A stretch of DNA of 64,000 nt. Origin: an uncultured Planctomycetaceae bacterium. GTDB lineage: Bacteria; Planctomycetota; Planctomycetia; Pirellulales; PALSA-1355. The translations under genes were made by a program, and so were the position numbers. How positions within the stretch are numbered: position 1 is the stretch's first letter; each line of letters opens with the position of its first letter. Under the pieces are notes generated by a model. The model was given only the letters and a program-made list of their open reading frames with translations, was not told the DNA's origin and made no database searches. Below are positions 22,107 to 32,472 of this stretch, piece after piece. The stretch lies in NCBI GenBank assembly GCA_963785305.1, contig CAWAUV010000002.1, positions 96,001 to 160,000 of the forward strand, in the 5' to 3' direction.

Positions 22107-23945
22107 TTATTCGCCGCCGGCGGTTGCGCGGCCCGTCGCCACGTCGAATTCGTACACATCGGGGACCAAGAGCGCGATGGTGGTGAACCCGTAGGCGGCC
22201 ACCGTAAGCAAAAACGCCTCGAGCATGTTTTGTTGCCAGAAGCTCGTGATCGCGAAGAACGTGGCGATCGGGCAAAGGGCCGACGCCCAGAGAATAGCCG
22301 ACGAAGGGTTCCTCGCGCCCAGAGTCATGTAGAGCCCGATGGCCCCGCCGATCATAAACGCCAGAAATGGCTGCAACTGGAACTGAAACGAGCCGCTGAA
22401 GGCGACGATCATTCGCATGCACGTGGCCACGCCCACGAGTAGGAAGAACAGCGTGCCGAGGCTGGCGCCGATCGCCGAACGCGAGTTTTCGTAGCTCATG
22501 CCGGCATGCACGCCGAGCATCGTCACGAACGCGATCAGCACCAAGAGCGCGGCGCCCAGATAGCCGGCGTGTTCCGTGCTCAGCGAGCCGATCGCCCACA
22601 GATAGGCGGTGAGCGCGAGCGGCGCGACGACCATTTCCTTGGTGTTGTAGAGCGCGCCACCGAGTTTGCCGAACACGAACTCCTTGGCCGAGAGGTCGGT
22701 CACCAGCAGCAGGTCGAGCGCTTTGATGTCGCGCTCGCTGGTGAGCGCCGTCACGGCCTGGGCATTGACCAGCGCCAAGCTGAGCACGCATAGCGGCGCC
22801 ATGATGAGCGCGCCCGTGGCAAACGTCACTCCCGCCGGACCGCGATGCGCGGCCACGAGCGCCGCCGCCGCCGCCGCGACGAGGGCCAGATACACCAGGC
22901 GAATCGCCATGGCTTTGCGACCATAGGCCCAGGTGCGCATTTCGCGCCACAGCACCGGATTGTCCCACACGGGCCGCACTCGTCCCGGCGCCGCATGCGC
23001 CGAGCGACGCTCGGCCGCCGATTGCGCGGGGAGCGGATCGTCGCCGGCGTCAAGGGCGCCGGCGCGCTCGAGGTCATGTTCGGGTCCCCAGATCGTCTCG
23101 ACCCGTTCGTCTTCATCGGCCCGCCGCGGCGCTTCGGGCGAGGCGGTCCAAGCGCGGCATGCGCAGGATCGACACCGCGTTGATCACCGCCGCGAGGCCC
23201 AAGCTTACGAGCGGAAACATCGGCGTCGCGCCGTGGCCGAACCACGAATTCGCGCCAAGCCGCGCGAAGGGGTCGGTGGCCGTGAGCACGGCTCGCCAGG
23301 GGCTGATCGCAATCGCCCAGTGATCGACGGGCAGTCCGAACCACTGCCCGCCGAGCGCCCGTGCGCCGCCGCCTCGCCCGCGCCGAGCCACACGACCAGC
23401 GTGAGCAGCGTGAGGCCGAGGGCTTGAAATGTTTTTTCGCGCCACAGGGCAAAGAGCGCCCCGATGCTGCCGGCGACCAGGGAACTGGCGAAGGTGATGA
23501 CGAAGACCCAGCCGATCTGAGCGAACGACACGCCGCCGAACAGGGCCGTGAGCATGAAGAGCGGCGCCGCGGCGGCGAGCAGCGTGAATACGAACAGCAA
23601 ACTCGCCAGCAGTTTGCCCAGCACCAACTCGGCATTGCCAAGCCGGGTCAACAGCAGCAGGAGAAACGTGCGCCGCTCCTTTTCTTGGGCCACGTCGCTG
23701 GCCGCCCGCACCGCGGAAAAAAAGAGACACAAAGCGAACTGAAGCGGCGCCAGAATCTGAAACACGGTGGCGCCAAACCGAGCGAAGTCGCCCGCCCCGC
23801 GCACTACCTGGGAGCCGGCAAGCAGCAGCCACGCGGTCGCCACCAAAAGCAAGAGCACGGCGACATAAGTCGCCCGGGCCACATAAAGCCGCGGTCGCCG
23901 CGGAGCGACGCTCAGTTCGCGCGTAAACAAGGGACCAACAATCAA
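22107..23945 (-). CDS. ABC-2-type permease with two membrane domains, split by indels
   Basis: GPLFTREL...QEKERRTFLLLLLT...GKL and NPVLWREMRT...SERD..ALDLLLVTDLS..EFVFGKL. Confidence 0.8.
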
Positions 23946-23999
23946 CGCTCCGCCTCCCCGCCGAAAATCGCCCCGGACCGCTGTCCGAAAACCGGCGGC

Positions 24000-25107
24000 C
24001 TAGTTCTCCACGTCTTGCCCCACGCGCCACCGGAGGTAGGCATCCAAAAAGCCTTGGATGTTGCCATCGAGCACGCTTTGAAAATTGCCCACGTAATATC
24101 CGGTGCGGGAATCCTTCACTCGCTGGTCGGGATGCAAGAAATAATTGCGAATCTGCGAGCCGAAGCCGGTCTTGGCCTTTTCTTGGTATTTGGCCGCTTG
24201 CTCGGCCTCGCGTTTTTCTTCTTCCAATCTGGCCAGCCGAGCGCGGAGCATTTTGATCGCCGTGGCCCGATTTTTGTGCTGGCTGCGTTCGTTTTGACAC
24301 TGCACGACGATGTTCGTGGGCAAGTGCGTGAGCCGGATCGCGCTCGAGGTCTTGTTCACGTGCTGACCGCCCGCGCCGCTGGCGCGAAATACGTCTTCGC
24401 GAATGTCCTCGTCGCGCAGCTCGACTTCCACGGTGTCGCCGATCTCGGGCGAGACATCGATCGCGGCGAAGCTCGTCTGCCGCTTGCCCTCGGAATTGAA
24501 CGGGCTGATTCGCACCAGCCGGTGCATGCCGGTTTCGCCCTTGAGATAGCCGTAGGCCATTGGTCCGCGAAGCACGAGGGCGGCGTTGTTGATGCCGGCT
24601 TCCTCGTTGTCTTGCCGGTCGAGCAGTTCCACGTCGTAGCCTTCCTTGGCGGCCCAGTGGATGTACATGCGCAGGAGCATCTCGGCCCAATCGTTGGCGT
24701 CGGTTCCGCCATCGCGGGCGTTGATGGTCATGATGGCGCCCTTGGCGTCGTAGGGGCCATTGAGCAGACCGCGGAGCTCGAGGTCGGCGATCATCGCCTC
24801 GACGCGCGCGAACTCGGCCGGCAGTTCGGCCCCAAACCACGGGTCTTCTTCCGCCATCTCGACCATGGCCTCGATATCAGCGGCGGCGGCGCCGGCCTCG
24901 TCGAGCGGTTTGACCAGCGCATTGAGCGACTTCAGCTCGGCCACCACGGCCTGGGCTTGCTCTTGATTGTCCCAAAAGCCGGGCGCCGCCATGCGCGCCT
25001 CGATTCGTGTGATCTCGCTTTGCTTTTGAGCGTGGTCAAAGAGAGTCTCGTAGTTGGACGAGACGCTTTTGAATAGCTTCCGCGCGGTCGAGCAGTTCTT
25101 TTTCCAA
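24000..25107 (-). CDS. prfB: Peptide chain release factor 2 with programmed +1 frameshift
   Basis: SPF and GGQ motifs. The TTG start reads MEKELLDRAEAIQKRLVQLRDSL into CTT-TGA-C at 25041-25035, and the rest of the gene is in the +1 frame. Confidence 0.96.
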
Positions 25108-25230
25108 AGTAGATTATTCCTGGGAATCGAGAGAGATATTTCGCCACGACGCGTGGGCAAGGGCACATTATAGCAGCCGCCGCAGTTCAAGGTGAGCCCG
25201 TCGCCCGCGAAGGCTCGAGCCAGGCCACTC

Positions 25231-25563
25231 TCATCCGGAGGCCGCGCCGCCATCTTCTCCCGGAGGCAGAAGGGGCGGGGCCAGGCACTCGACATCGGTC
25301 ATCCAGGCGATGCACGCATAACGTTCCAAGTAGTGGTCATGGAGAAATTGAAAAATCGCCCGGGCCACCGGCTCGCCGCAAACGACTTTGATTTGCACAT
25401 TTTCGCCGAGCACCACGTCGTGGCGCGTGCCGCGGGCGCCGATACCGCCAGTGGCGTGATAACTGGCCCCGGTCGCCCCAAGCTCCAGGACTTTGTGAAT
25501 CAGCGGTTCGCGCAGCACGGCCTCGGCGATGATCGTGACCAGCTTGAGCGATTGGAGTTGCAT
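25231..25563 (-). CDS. PII-like protein (SbtB-like)
   Basis: KLVTIIAEAVL...LGATGAS...GIGARG...NVQIKVVC; directly downstream of the SbtA-like gene. Confidence 0.8.
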   Translation of the reverse strand: MQLQSLKLVTIIAEAVLREPLIHKVLELGATGASYHATGGIGARGTRHDVVLGENVQIKVVCGEPVARAIFQFLHDHYLERYACIAWMTDVECLAPPLLPPGEDGGAASG

Positions 25564-25602
25564 GCGAGGGCTCCGAGGGTTGGCGCTCTTGGCGACCAGG
25601 CG

Positions 25603-26685
25603 CTAGCCGGGCGTCGCGCCTGCGCCGGCGAACCACTTGGCCAGCGCGAAATAGAGCGGAATGCCTAGCGCGATGTTGAAGGGAAATGTCACCGCCAGCG
25701 AGGCCGTGATCGACAGGGTGGGATTCGCCTCGGGTAGGGTCAATCGCACCGCGGGCGGCGCGGCGATATACGAAGCGCTCGACACGATCGCCGCGAAAAT
25801 CGCCGCCGTGCCGACATGCATTCCGGCCGCGACGCCGAGCCACGCGCCCAAGCAGCCGTGCAGTATCGGCAGCGCGATTCCGAAGCCGATCAGAAACGGC
25901 CCCGCTTTCTTCAAGTCGGCCAGTCGTTCGCCGGCCACGAGCCCCATTTCGAGCAGAAACACGCACAGCGCGCCGCGAAAAATCGGCCGCTTCGGACTGA
26001 AGAAGTCGACAAACGGCGCCAAATTCTTTTCCTCTCCGGCCTTGGTGGCGATAAAGCCGATCGCCAACAGGCCGGCCATGAGCATGAGCGATTGCCCGGT
26101 CACGACTTCATAGAGCGCCGCTCCAACGCCCGGCGCCGCTTCATCGCGATCCGCATCGGCCCGGCCGGCGACCGGCGTCGCGCGTTTCTGTTTGGCGAGT
26201 ATCGCCGCGCCGAGCAACAGCGCGACCGCAATGCCGGGACATTCGAGCACGGTCACGAGCGTTTGAATGTATTTGTCGATCGTGATCGTCGGATCGCCGT
26301 TGCCTTGCTTCTCGGCGAACTGCTGCGCCACGGCGAAAGTGACCGCCGAAGTCGAGCCATAGTGCGCCGCGATGCCGGCCGAATCGGCCACGGAAAAGCG
26401 GCCGAGATAATAGAGCGCCGCGAACGCCGAGAGCGGCGTCAGGCAGCCGAGAACAAACGTCACCAACGCCGGCTTGTAGATCTCGCGCGGCGATACGCCG
26501 GCGAGCTCGTGGCCGCCGATGAAGCCGATCGCCATCAGCAGATAGATCGAGATCGAATAGTACAGGTCCTTCGGAATCTTGACGCCGCCGTGAATCAGTT
26601 TGCAAAAAACCCCCAGTGCGAAGCAGAGCGGAATCGGCGCGAGGAGATTCGCCTCGAGCGACCGACCGATGTTTGCCAGGTCCAT
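25603..26685 (-). CDS. Sodium-dependent bicarbonate transporter family permease (SbtA-like)
   Basis: SIYLLMAIGFIGG, IAAHYGSTSAVTF, FLLEMGL, SASYIAAPPA and SLAVTFPFNIALGIPLY family motifs. Confidence 0.9.
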   Translation of the reverse strand: MDLANIGRSLEANLLAPIPLCFALGVFCKLIHGGVKIPKDLYYSISIYLLMAIGFIGGHELAGVSPREIYKPALVTFVLGCLTPLSAFAALYYLGRFSVADSAGIAAHYGSTSAVTFAVAQQFAEKQGNGDPTITIDKYIQTLVTVLECPGIAVALLLGAAILAKQKRATPVAGRADADRDEAAPGVGAALYEVVTGQSLMLMAGLLAIGFIATKAGEEKNLAPFVDFFSPKRPIFRGALCVFLLEMGLVAGERLADLKKAGPFLIGFGIALPILHGCLGAWLGVAAGMHVGTAAIFAAIVSSASYIAAPPAVRLTLPEANPTLSITASLAVTFPFNIALGIPLYFALAKWFAGAGATPG

Positions 26686-26734
26686 GACTGCTGCTCCGTT
26701 GGTCGCTTGTTCGCCGGCGCCTGGGGGGCGATAT

Positions 26735-27507
26735 TCACGCCTTGGTCTCGGATTCGAGCCGGCCCAACAGTCGCAAGATCCCGTCGAGAATCGTCCACGG
26801 ACTCGGCGGGCAGCCGGGTACATAGAGGTCGACCGGAACCGTCCGGTCGGCGCCGTCGTGCTGCTCGGCGTGGCCGGCATAGGGCCCGCCCGAGATGGCG
26901 CATGCTCCCACGGCGATCACGATCTTCGGCGCCGGCACGCTCTCGTAACAATCGCGCAGCGCGCCGCGCATGTTCTCCGTGACCGGCCCGGTGATAAGCA
27001 GTCCGTCGGCGTGGCGCGGCGAGGCGACGAATTGAATGCCGAATCGTCCCAGGTCGAACACCAGCGTGCCGAGCACATTCACATCGGCCTCGCAACCGTT
27101 GCAACCGCCGGCGCTCACTTGCCGCAGCTTGAGCGATCGGCCCAAAAGGCGAAGCGTCTTCCGATCAGCGCCTCGGCCAGCTTTCGCTCCCGGCCATCGA
27201 GAAAAAGTTCCTCGCGCGAACGAGCCGCGAGGCGATATTCACCGCTGAACCCGATCGCTCCCGCGGGGCAGGCCTCGAGGCAATCGACGCAGAAGAGGCA
27301 CTTGCCCAGGTCCAGGGTCAGTCGATCCTTGCGCATCCGCATCGCGCCCGTCGGGCAGGCTTCGACACACTCCTGACAGCCCTCCGGACATTTACCCGAA
27401 TCGAGCACCGGCAGTCCGCGAAATCGCTCGGGCAGCGCCGGCGCCGTGGCGGGATACGCCGCGGTGCGAAAGCCTTGCCGCAATCGCTCGCGAAAAATGC
27501 CCAACAT
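26735..27507 (-). CDS. Ehr/hydrogenase-4-like small subunit (2x[4Fe-4S] ferredoxin + NuoB-like domain), one indel
   Basis: CPEGCQECVEACP and CLFCVDCLEACP, then SAGGCNGCE, ASPRHAD, GACAISGG and VPGCPP. Confidence 0.88.
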
Positions 27508-27588
27508 AAGCGAATCCCCGGGGGACGTTTTCTCGCGACGTGGCGGCTCAACGAGCCTGCAGAGGGCGGACGAATTCCGCTCGCTCCG

Positions 27589-29127
27589 TTACAGATCATG
27601 GCCCGAGTATGACAGATTAAAACTTTTATTGCAGAGCGGAAAGTCGGAAATCTGCTGATTCCTAAGCGCCATCATCAGACCGATCCAATTATGAAACGAC
27701 GGATCGACGATTTTGTACATATCAAACTTGCCGGCCGAATCGGTCATCGCCACATGACAAATCTCGCCTCGCCAGCCTTCGACCAGCGTCACCACGAGCG
27801 AGTTTGGCGCGAGCGAGCCGACCGGCGCGCGTGTCGGCCCGGCGGGCAAATGCTCGAGCAGTTCGACGACGAACTCGCCCGAACGCTGGATCTCGAGCCA
27901 GCGGACGATGGCCCGCGCGAAAACATCGCCGGTCACGCCGGTCGACACCGGAATCTGCATGTGCCGGTAAATGCCCGAGGGGAAATCACGCCGGGCGTCG
28001 AGGTCGAGGCCCGAGGCGCGCCCCGCCACGCCCACGAGCCCCAGTTCCCGGGCCACGCGCTGCGACACTTTGCCGATATCCTCGAAACGGGCTTGCACGC
28101 TGAGCGAATGCCAGGCGAGCCGGGTAGCGCCGTTCACATCGGCCAGGGCGGCTTTCAATCGCTCGGCAAGCGTTCGAGCCCGAGCCGAGTCGAGATCGAA
28201 CATTACTCCGCCGGGTCGGCGCATGCCGCGACCAAGGCGGCTGCCGCATATCGCGGCGGTGGCGTTGAGAAAATCGCCACGCAGTCGGCCGCAAAACGAG
28301 CTGGTGGGCAAGAAGCCGGCGTCCATCGCCAGCGCGCCCAAGTCGCCGGTGTGATTCGCCAGCCGTTCGAGCTCGAGGCACGCGCTGGCCAGAGCTTGCG
28401 CTCGAGCCGAGGGCTCGCGGCCGGCCAGCGCTTCGACCGCCTGACAATAGGCCGAGGCATGGCCGATCGAGGTGTCGCCCGCGAGCGTTTCGGCATAGTG
28501 AATCGATCGCTTGTGCGGCCCGCGGAGCATCGCCCGCTCGACACCGCGATGTTGATAGCCGAGCGAGACTTCAAGGTGCGACACGTTTTCGCCGAAGCAT
28601 TGGAAGCGAAAATGACCGGGCTCGATCACTCCGGCATGAATCGGCCCGACCGCCACTTCGTGAATGTCTTGCCCCTCGACTTGAAAAAAGTCGGTCACCG
28701 AGGGCAAGATCGCCGCATTCTTGGCCCGCGACCAAGCATCGCGCCCCGGGCAATAGGAACCGTGAAAGCGAATCGGCTTGAGCCAGGGATGTCCCTCGGG
28801 CACGACCCCCCATTGCTCGGCGATCTCGCGCTCGAACCAGTTCGCCGCAGGGCAGGCGGGGGTGAGCGAAGGATAGCGGGCGCCCACTTCGGCGCCGAAG
28901 ATCGCCAGATCGCAGGAGTGGGGATGCGCCACGACCGCAATCAGCCGCTGGGGAGCATCTCGCGACGCTGGCTGCCGCTCCTCGCCAAAGAACGCCGCGA
29001 GCCGCCCGCCGGCGCCGATCTCGCCCACGAGCGCATCGCGGAATTCATGCATCGCGAGCCGCGGAATTTCAGAGCGTGAGACGCTTGTTCCCGGTAGATA
29101 GCGAGCGATCGCGGCGCCGGTGGTCAT
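27589..29127 (-). CDS. Ehr-type large subunit (NuoC/NuoD-like) lacking NiFe-binding CxxC motifs
   Basis: WFEREIAE, GPIHAGVIEPGHFRF, GYQHRGVE, ELERLANH and VEGWRGE; the C-terminus is DFPLCNKSFNLSYSGHDL instead of DPCxxC. Confidence 0.88.
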   Translation of the reverse strand: MTTGAAIARYLPGTSVSRSEIPRLAMHEFRDALVGEIGAGGRLAAFFGEERQPASRDAPQRLIAVVAHPHSCDLAIFGAEVGARYPSLTPACPAANWFEREIAEQWGVVPEGHPWLKPIRFHGSYCPGRDAWSRAKNAAILPSVTDFFQVEGQDIHEVAVGPIHAGVIEPGHFRFQCFGENVSHLEVSLGYQHRGVERAMLRGPHKRSIHYAETLAGDTSIGHASAYCQAVEALAGREPSARAQALASACLELERLANHTGDLGALAMDAGFLPTSSFCGRLRGDFLNATAAICGSRLGRGMRRPGGVMFDLDSARARTLAERLKAALADVNGATRLAWHSLSVQARFEDIGKVSQRVARELGLVGVAGRASGLDLDARRDFPSGIYRHMQIPVSTGVTGDVFARAIVRWLEIQRSGEFVVELLEHLPAGPTRAPVGSLAPNSLVVTLVEGWRGEICHVAMTDSAGKFDMYKIVDPSFHNWIGLMMALRNQQISDFPLCNKSFNLSYSGHDL

Positions 29128-29159
29128 GGTTTCCAATGTCCTCGAGGTAAGTCGCGGGG

Positions 29160-29931
29160 TTAATCGCCGCGCAGCTGCCGGCGCTCCCAGGCGGCCAGGG
29201 CCAAGCGGCGGCAACTCGCGGACCGCCTCGGTCAACGAAGCGAGGGACAGCCCGCGCGACAATCGCGCGTGGAATCGCGGCTCGCCCAGCGCTCGGGCCA
29301 GTCGCGCGAGCAGGCTTAAGTGGCGTCGCACCGTGGGGCTGATGATCATGAAGCAGGCGTCGATCTGGCATGGATCGGCCTTTGGCGCCCGCGCACCGCG
29401 ATGCGATTGCGTCGCGCGAGCGCGGGCCGGGAGCGCCGGCTCGAAAAAGCAGAGCACGATGGCGGGCGCCGCATGCGGCGCGATCCAAGGCGCATTGGCC
29501 CGAGGCAGCGCCCAGCCGGCGCCGATCGCGTGCAACCCCCAATCGAGGCGCGATGTTAAAATCGCTTCGAACACGGAGCCATCGCATTGGGCTTCGCTAG
29601 CGAGCGCGCCGGAAACGCGCTGGGGAACGCGCCGGCGAATGCTTCGGCCACGGCGGTCGGACTTCGGCCATCGGCCCGCCGAGGCTCGCCGCCGAGCGCG
29701 AGCGCGGCCAATAGCGAGGTCGCTTGACCGGCGGTCGCGTCGAGCGCTTGCACAAAGCGGTCGGGCGCCGGCTCGCCGCGAGCCACGACCCAGTCGAGCA
29801 CCGGCATCGGATCGAACCGCCATTCGCCCGAGACTTCGTAGGCGGGCAGCGCCCTCGCGGCGCACCCACGCGGTCACGGTGTTTTCCGCCACATCGAACA
29901 TGTCGGCCAGATCGCGAACTGTCCAGCGCAT
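29160..29931 (-). CDS. Excisionase-like HTH + PTS EIIA-like regulator, with indels (end approximate)
   Basis: TVRDLADMFDVAENTVTAWVR...LPAYEVSGEWRFD across frames; AIGAGWALP...IVLCFF...FMIISPTVRRHLSLLARLA. Confidence 0.7.
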
Positions 29932-30209
29932 GCGATGACTTGGTTGTTCGGGGTGGTATGAATTTCAAAGGCCGGCGCGAGCGAAGCCCGCTTATCTTCG
30001 ATCGTGGACCACAAGTGTGCAACTCCTGTTACAATTCCGTAACCCGGGCGCGGAGGGGCGCTCGCCGCCAGTCGGCGGACGATACTAAGCAGCAGCGCGA
30101 CGATCGAAGGGCGACTCGAAGGGCTGCGGCTTGCCGCGATTCGAGGTTACAATCTGGAACGCGCTTCGATTTCGTCGCGCCCCAATCATTCATTTTTGGA
30201 GTCGTAGCC

Positions 30210-30884
30210 GTGGATCTCTTGGTGATCGAAGACGATGCCGTGATCGGCAAGGCGCTTCGCACCGGCCTTTGCGAAGCCGGACACAATTGCGCTTGGGCCA
30301 AAGATGGCGAGCGCGGCCTGACCCTGGCCTCGAGCCAACAATTCGACGCCATTATTCTCGATTTGATGTTGCCGATGCGGCCGGGACTGGAAGTGCTGGG
30401 CGAACTGCGCGGCAAGGGAATTCAAACTCCGGTAATCGTCGTCACGGCCATGGGCTCGATCGACGAGCGAGTCAAGGGCCTTAAAATGGGCGCCGACGAT
30501 TACCTGATCAAGCCCTTCGCCTTGGCCGAATTGTTGGCCCGGGTCGAGGCGGTCTGCCGGCGCACCGCGATTCGTCCGCCGGCCACGATGCATGTCGGCC
30601 CGCTCACGCTCGACCTCACCACGCAGCGCGTCAACCGCGATGGCCGCGAAATCGATCTCACGCCCACGGAATTCAGCCTGCTCGAACTGCTAATGCGATT
30701 TGCCGGGCAGGTGGTCACGCGGCGAATGCTCTGCGAGCATCTTTGGGAAATCGACTGGGAAGGCACCACGAATGTAATCGAGGTGCATATCAATCGCCTG
30801 CGCGGTAAGCTGGACAAGGGCTATGACGAATCGCTGATTCAAACGGTGCGCGGACGCGGCTATGTCCTTAGAGGCACAACCTAA
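30210..30884 (+). CDS. OmpR-family response regulator
   Basis: LVIEDD, ILDLMLP, GADDYLIKPF, LTPTEF and VIEVHINRLRGKL...IQTVRGRGY. Confidence 0.95.
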   Translation: MDLLVIEDDAVIGKALRTGLCEAGHNCAWAKDGERGLTLASSQQFDAIILDLMLPMRPGLEVLGELRGKGIQTPVIVVTAMGSIDERVKGLKMGADDYLIKPFALAELLARVEAVCRRTAIRPPATMHVGPLTLDLTTQRVNRDGREIDLTPTEFSLLELLMRFAGQVVTRRMLCEHLWEIDWEGTTNVIEVHINRLRGKLDKGYDESLIQTVRGRGYVLRGTT

Positions 30885-32336
30885 GAGCGCCCTGGCGCTC
30901 CCTGCGGCTACGACTCACGGCTTGGAACACCACGGTCGTGTTGCTGGTCGTGGTAGTCGCGATGCTCGGAGTGCGCGAGCGATTCCGCATCACGCTCCTC
31001 GAAGAGGTCGACGCCACGCTGGCCGACGATACCCTCGAAGTGGCTCTGGCGGTCGAACAGTTCTATCCGAACTTGCAGCAAGCCTACAACGAGATGGAGC
31101 GCAAGCGGATCGGCCACGACGACCGCGAGATGTTCATTGAACTGCTCGACGCCGATGGCAAGATGCTCTACCTGAGCAGCAACGCCCCGGCCGGTCTCGT
31201 CGACGCCCTGCGCCCGCCACGCCACTCGAAGAGCAAGATGACCACCGTGGGCAAATACCGCGTGGCCCAGCGGCGGCTGGAAAAGCCGGATTTTCCACTC
31301 TATATCGTGCGCATCGGCCTCAGCCTCGATCCGATCGACGCCGACGTGGCCAAGCTCACGAATATGATGATCCTCGCGATCTTGGCCACGCTGTGCGTCG
31401 CGCCGCTGGGCGGTTATTGGCTCGCGGGCCGGGCCACGCATCCGCTGGCGCGGATCATCGCCACCACGGCCCGACTCCGACCGAGCCACATGGAAGAACG
31501 GCTTCCGATCCGCGGCGCCGCCGACGAGCTCGATCAACTTAGCGCCACGATCAACGGCTTTCTCGACCGGATCGCCGACTATCTGAGCCGCAACCGCGAG
31601 TTCGTGGCCAATGCCGCCCATGAGCTCCGCTCGCCGCTGGCCGCGATTCAAAGCTCGGTCGAGGTGACGCTCCACTCCGAGCGCTCGATCGACCAGTATC
31701 AAGAACTGCTCGACGACATCGCGGCCCAGTGCGGCCAACTTGGCGGCTTGGTCAATCAATTGTTGCTGCTGGCCGAGACCGATATCGCGGGGTTTCAAAT
31801 TCAGCGCAAGCCGGTGGCGATCGATCGGCTCGTGGCCCGGTCGGTCGACATGTTTCGCGGCGCGGCCGAGGAGCGTGGTATTCAGTTCACGTCGCGTTCG
31901 AGCGGCGTTGTGATCGTGCCGGCCGATGGCGATCGGCTGCGGCAGGTGCTCAACAATCTGATCGACAACAGTCTGAAATTCACGCCGCGGGGCGGGCGAG
32001 TGCAAGTGTCGCTCGGCGTCGATCCGGCGACCAAGCAGATGATTCTCGATGTCGAAGACACCGGCGGCGGCATCGCGGCCGAGGACTTGCCCCATGTGTT
32101 CGAGCGGTTTTATCGCGGCGACAAGTCGCGCGGCCGCGGCGAACAGATTCAGGGCAACGGCCTGGGGCTCAGCATCTGCCAGGCGATTGTCGCGGCCCAC
32201 AACGGCTCGATCACGGTCGAAAGCACCCTGGGCCAGGGCGCGGCGCTTTACGGTTCGCCTGCCGCTCGAATCGCCGCCGCCCGACGGGCAGGTAGTTGTA
32301 ACGCAATCGACGCGTCCCGCGACCAGCGCCGTATGA
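30862..32336 (+). CDS. Membrane sensor histidine kinase (HAMP-HisKA-HATPase), terminal indels
   Basis: Two TM helices, HAMP, AAHELRSPL, NLIDNSLKF, DTGGGI, FERFYR and GNGLGLSI. Confidence 0.92.
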
Positions 32337-32376
32337 TCGCCGCGCCACTGGCCTTTCGCGCCGAAGCATTAACCAC

Positions 32377-32460
32377 ACAAGCCTGAAGCGCTAGCGAAGT
32401 ATCGCCGCGAGGCGCGATCGTCAACTGCGGCGCCGGTCTTCGCTGGCGCTTCAGGTTTGT
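32377..32460. repeat. Inverted pair of family A REP-like elements between convergent genes
   Basis: ACAAGCCTGAAGCGCTAGCGAAG ... CTTCGCTGGCGCTTCAGGTTTGT. Confidence 0.75.
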
Positions 32461-32472
32461 ATGGCGGCCGTG

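Noticed and set aside
23361..25076. Long antisense ORFs (e.g. 23361..25076, 41060..43237, 1785..3236, 11717..13129)
   Set aside because: Shadow ORFs opposite well-supported genes, expected in high-GC DNA, with no recognisable motifs.
27589..29127. Functional group 4 [NiFe]-hydrogenase
   Set aside because: Both Ni-binding CxxC motifs are absent and there are no maturation genes in the window; it is Ehr-type.
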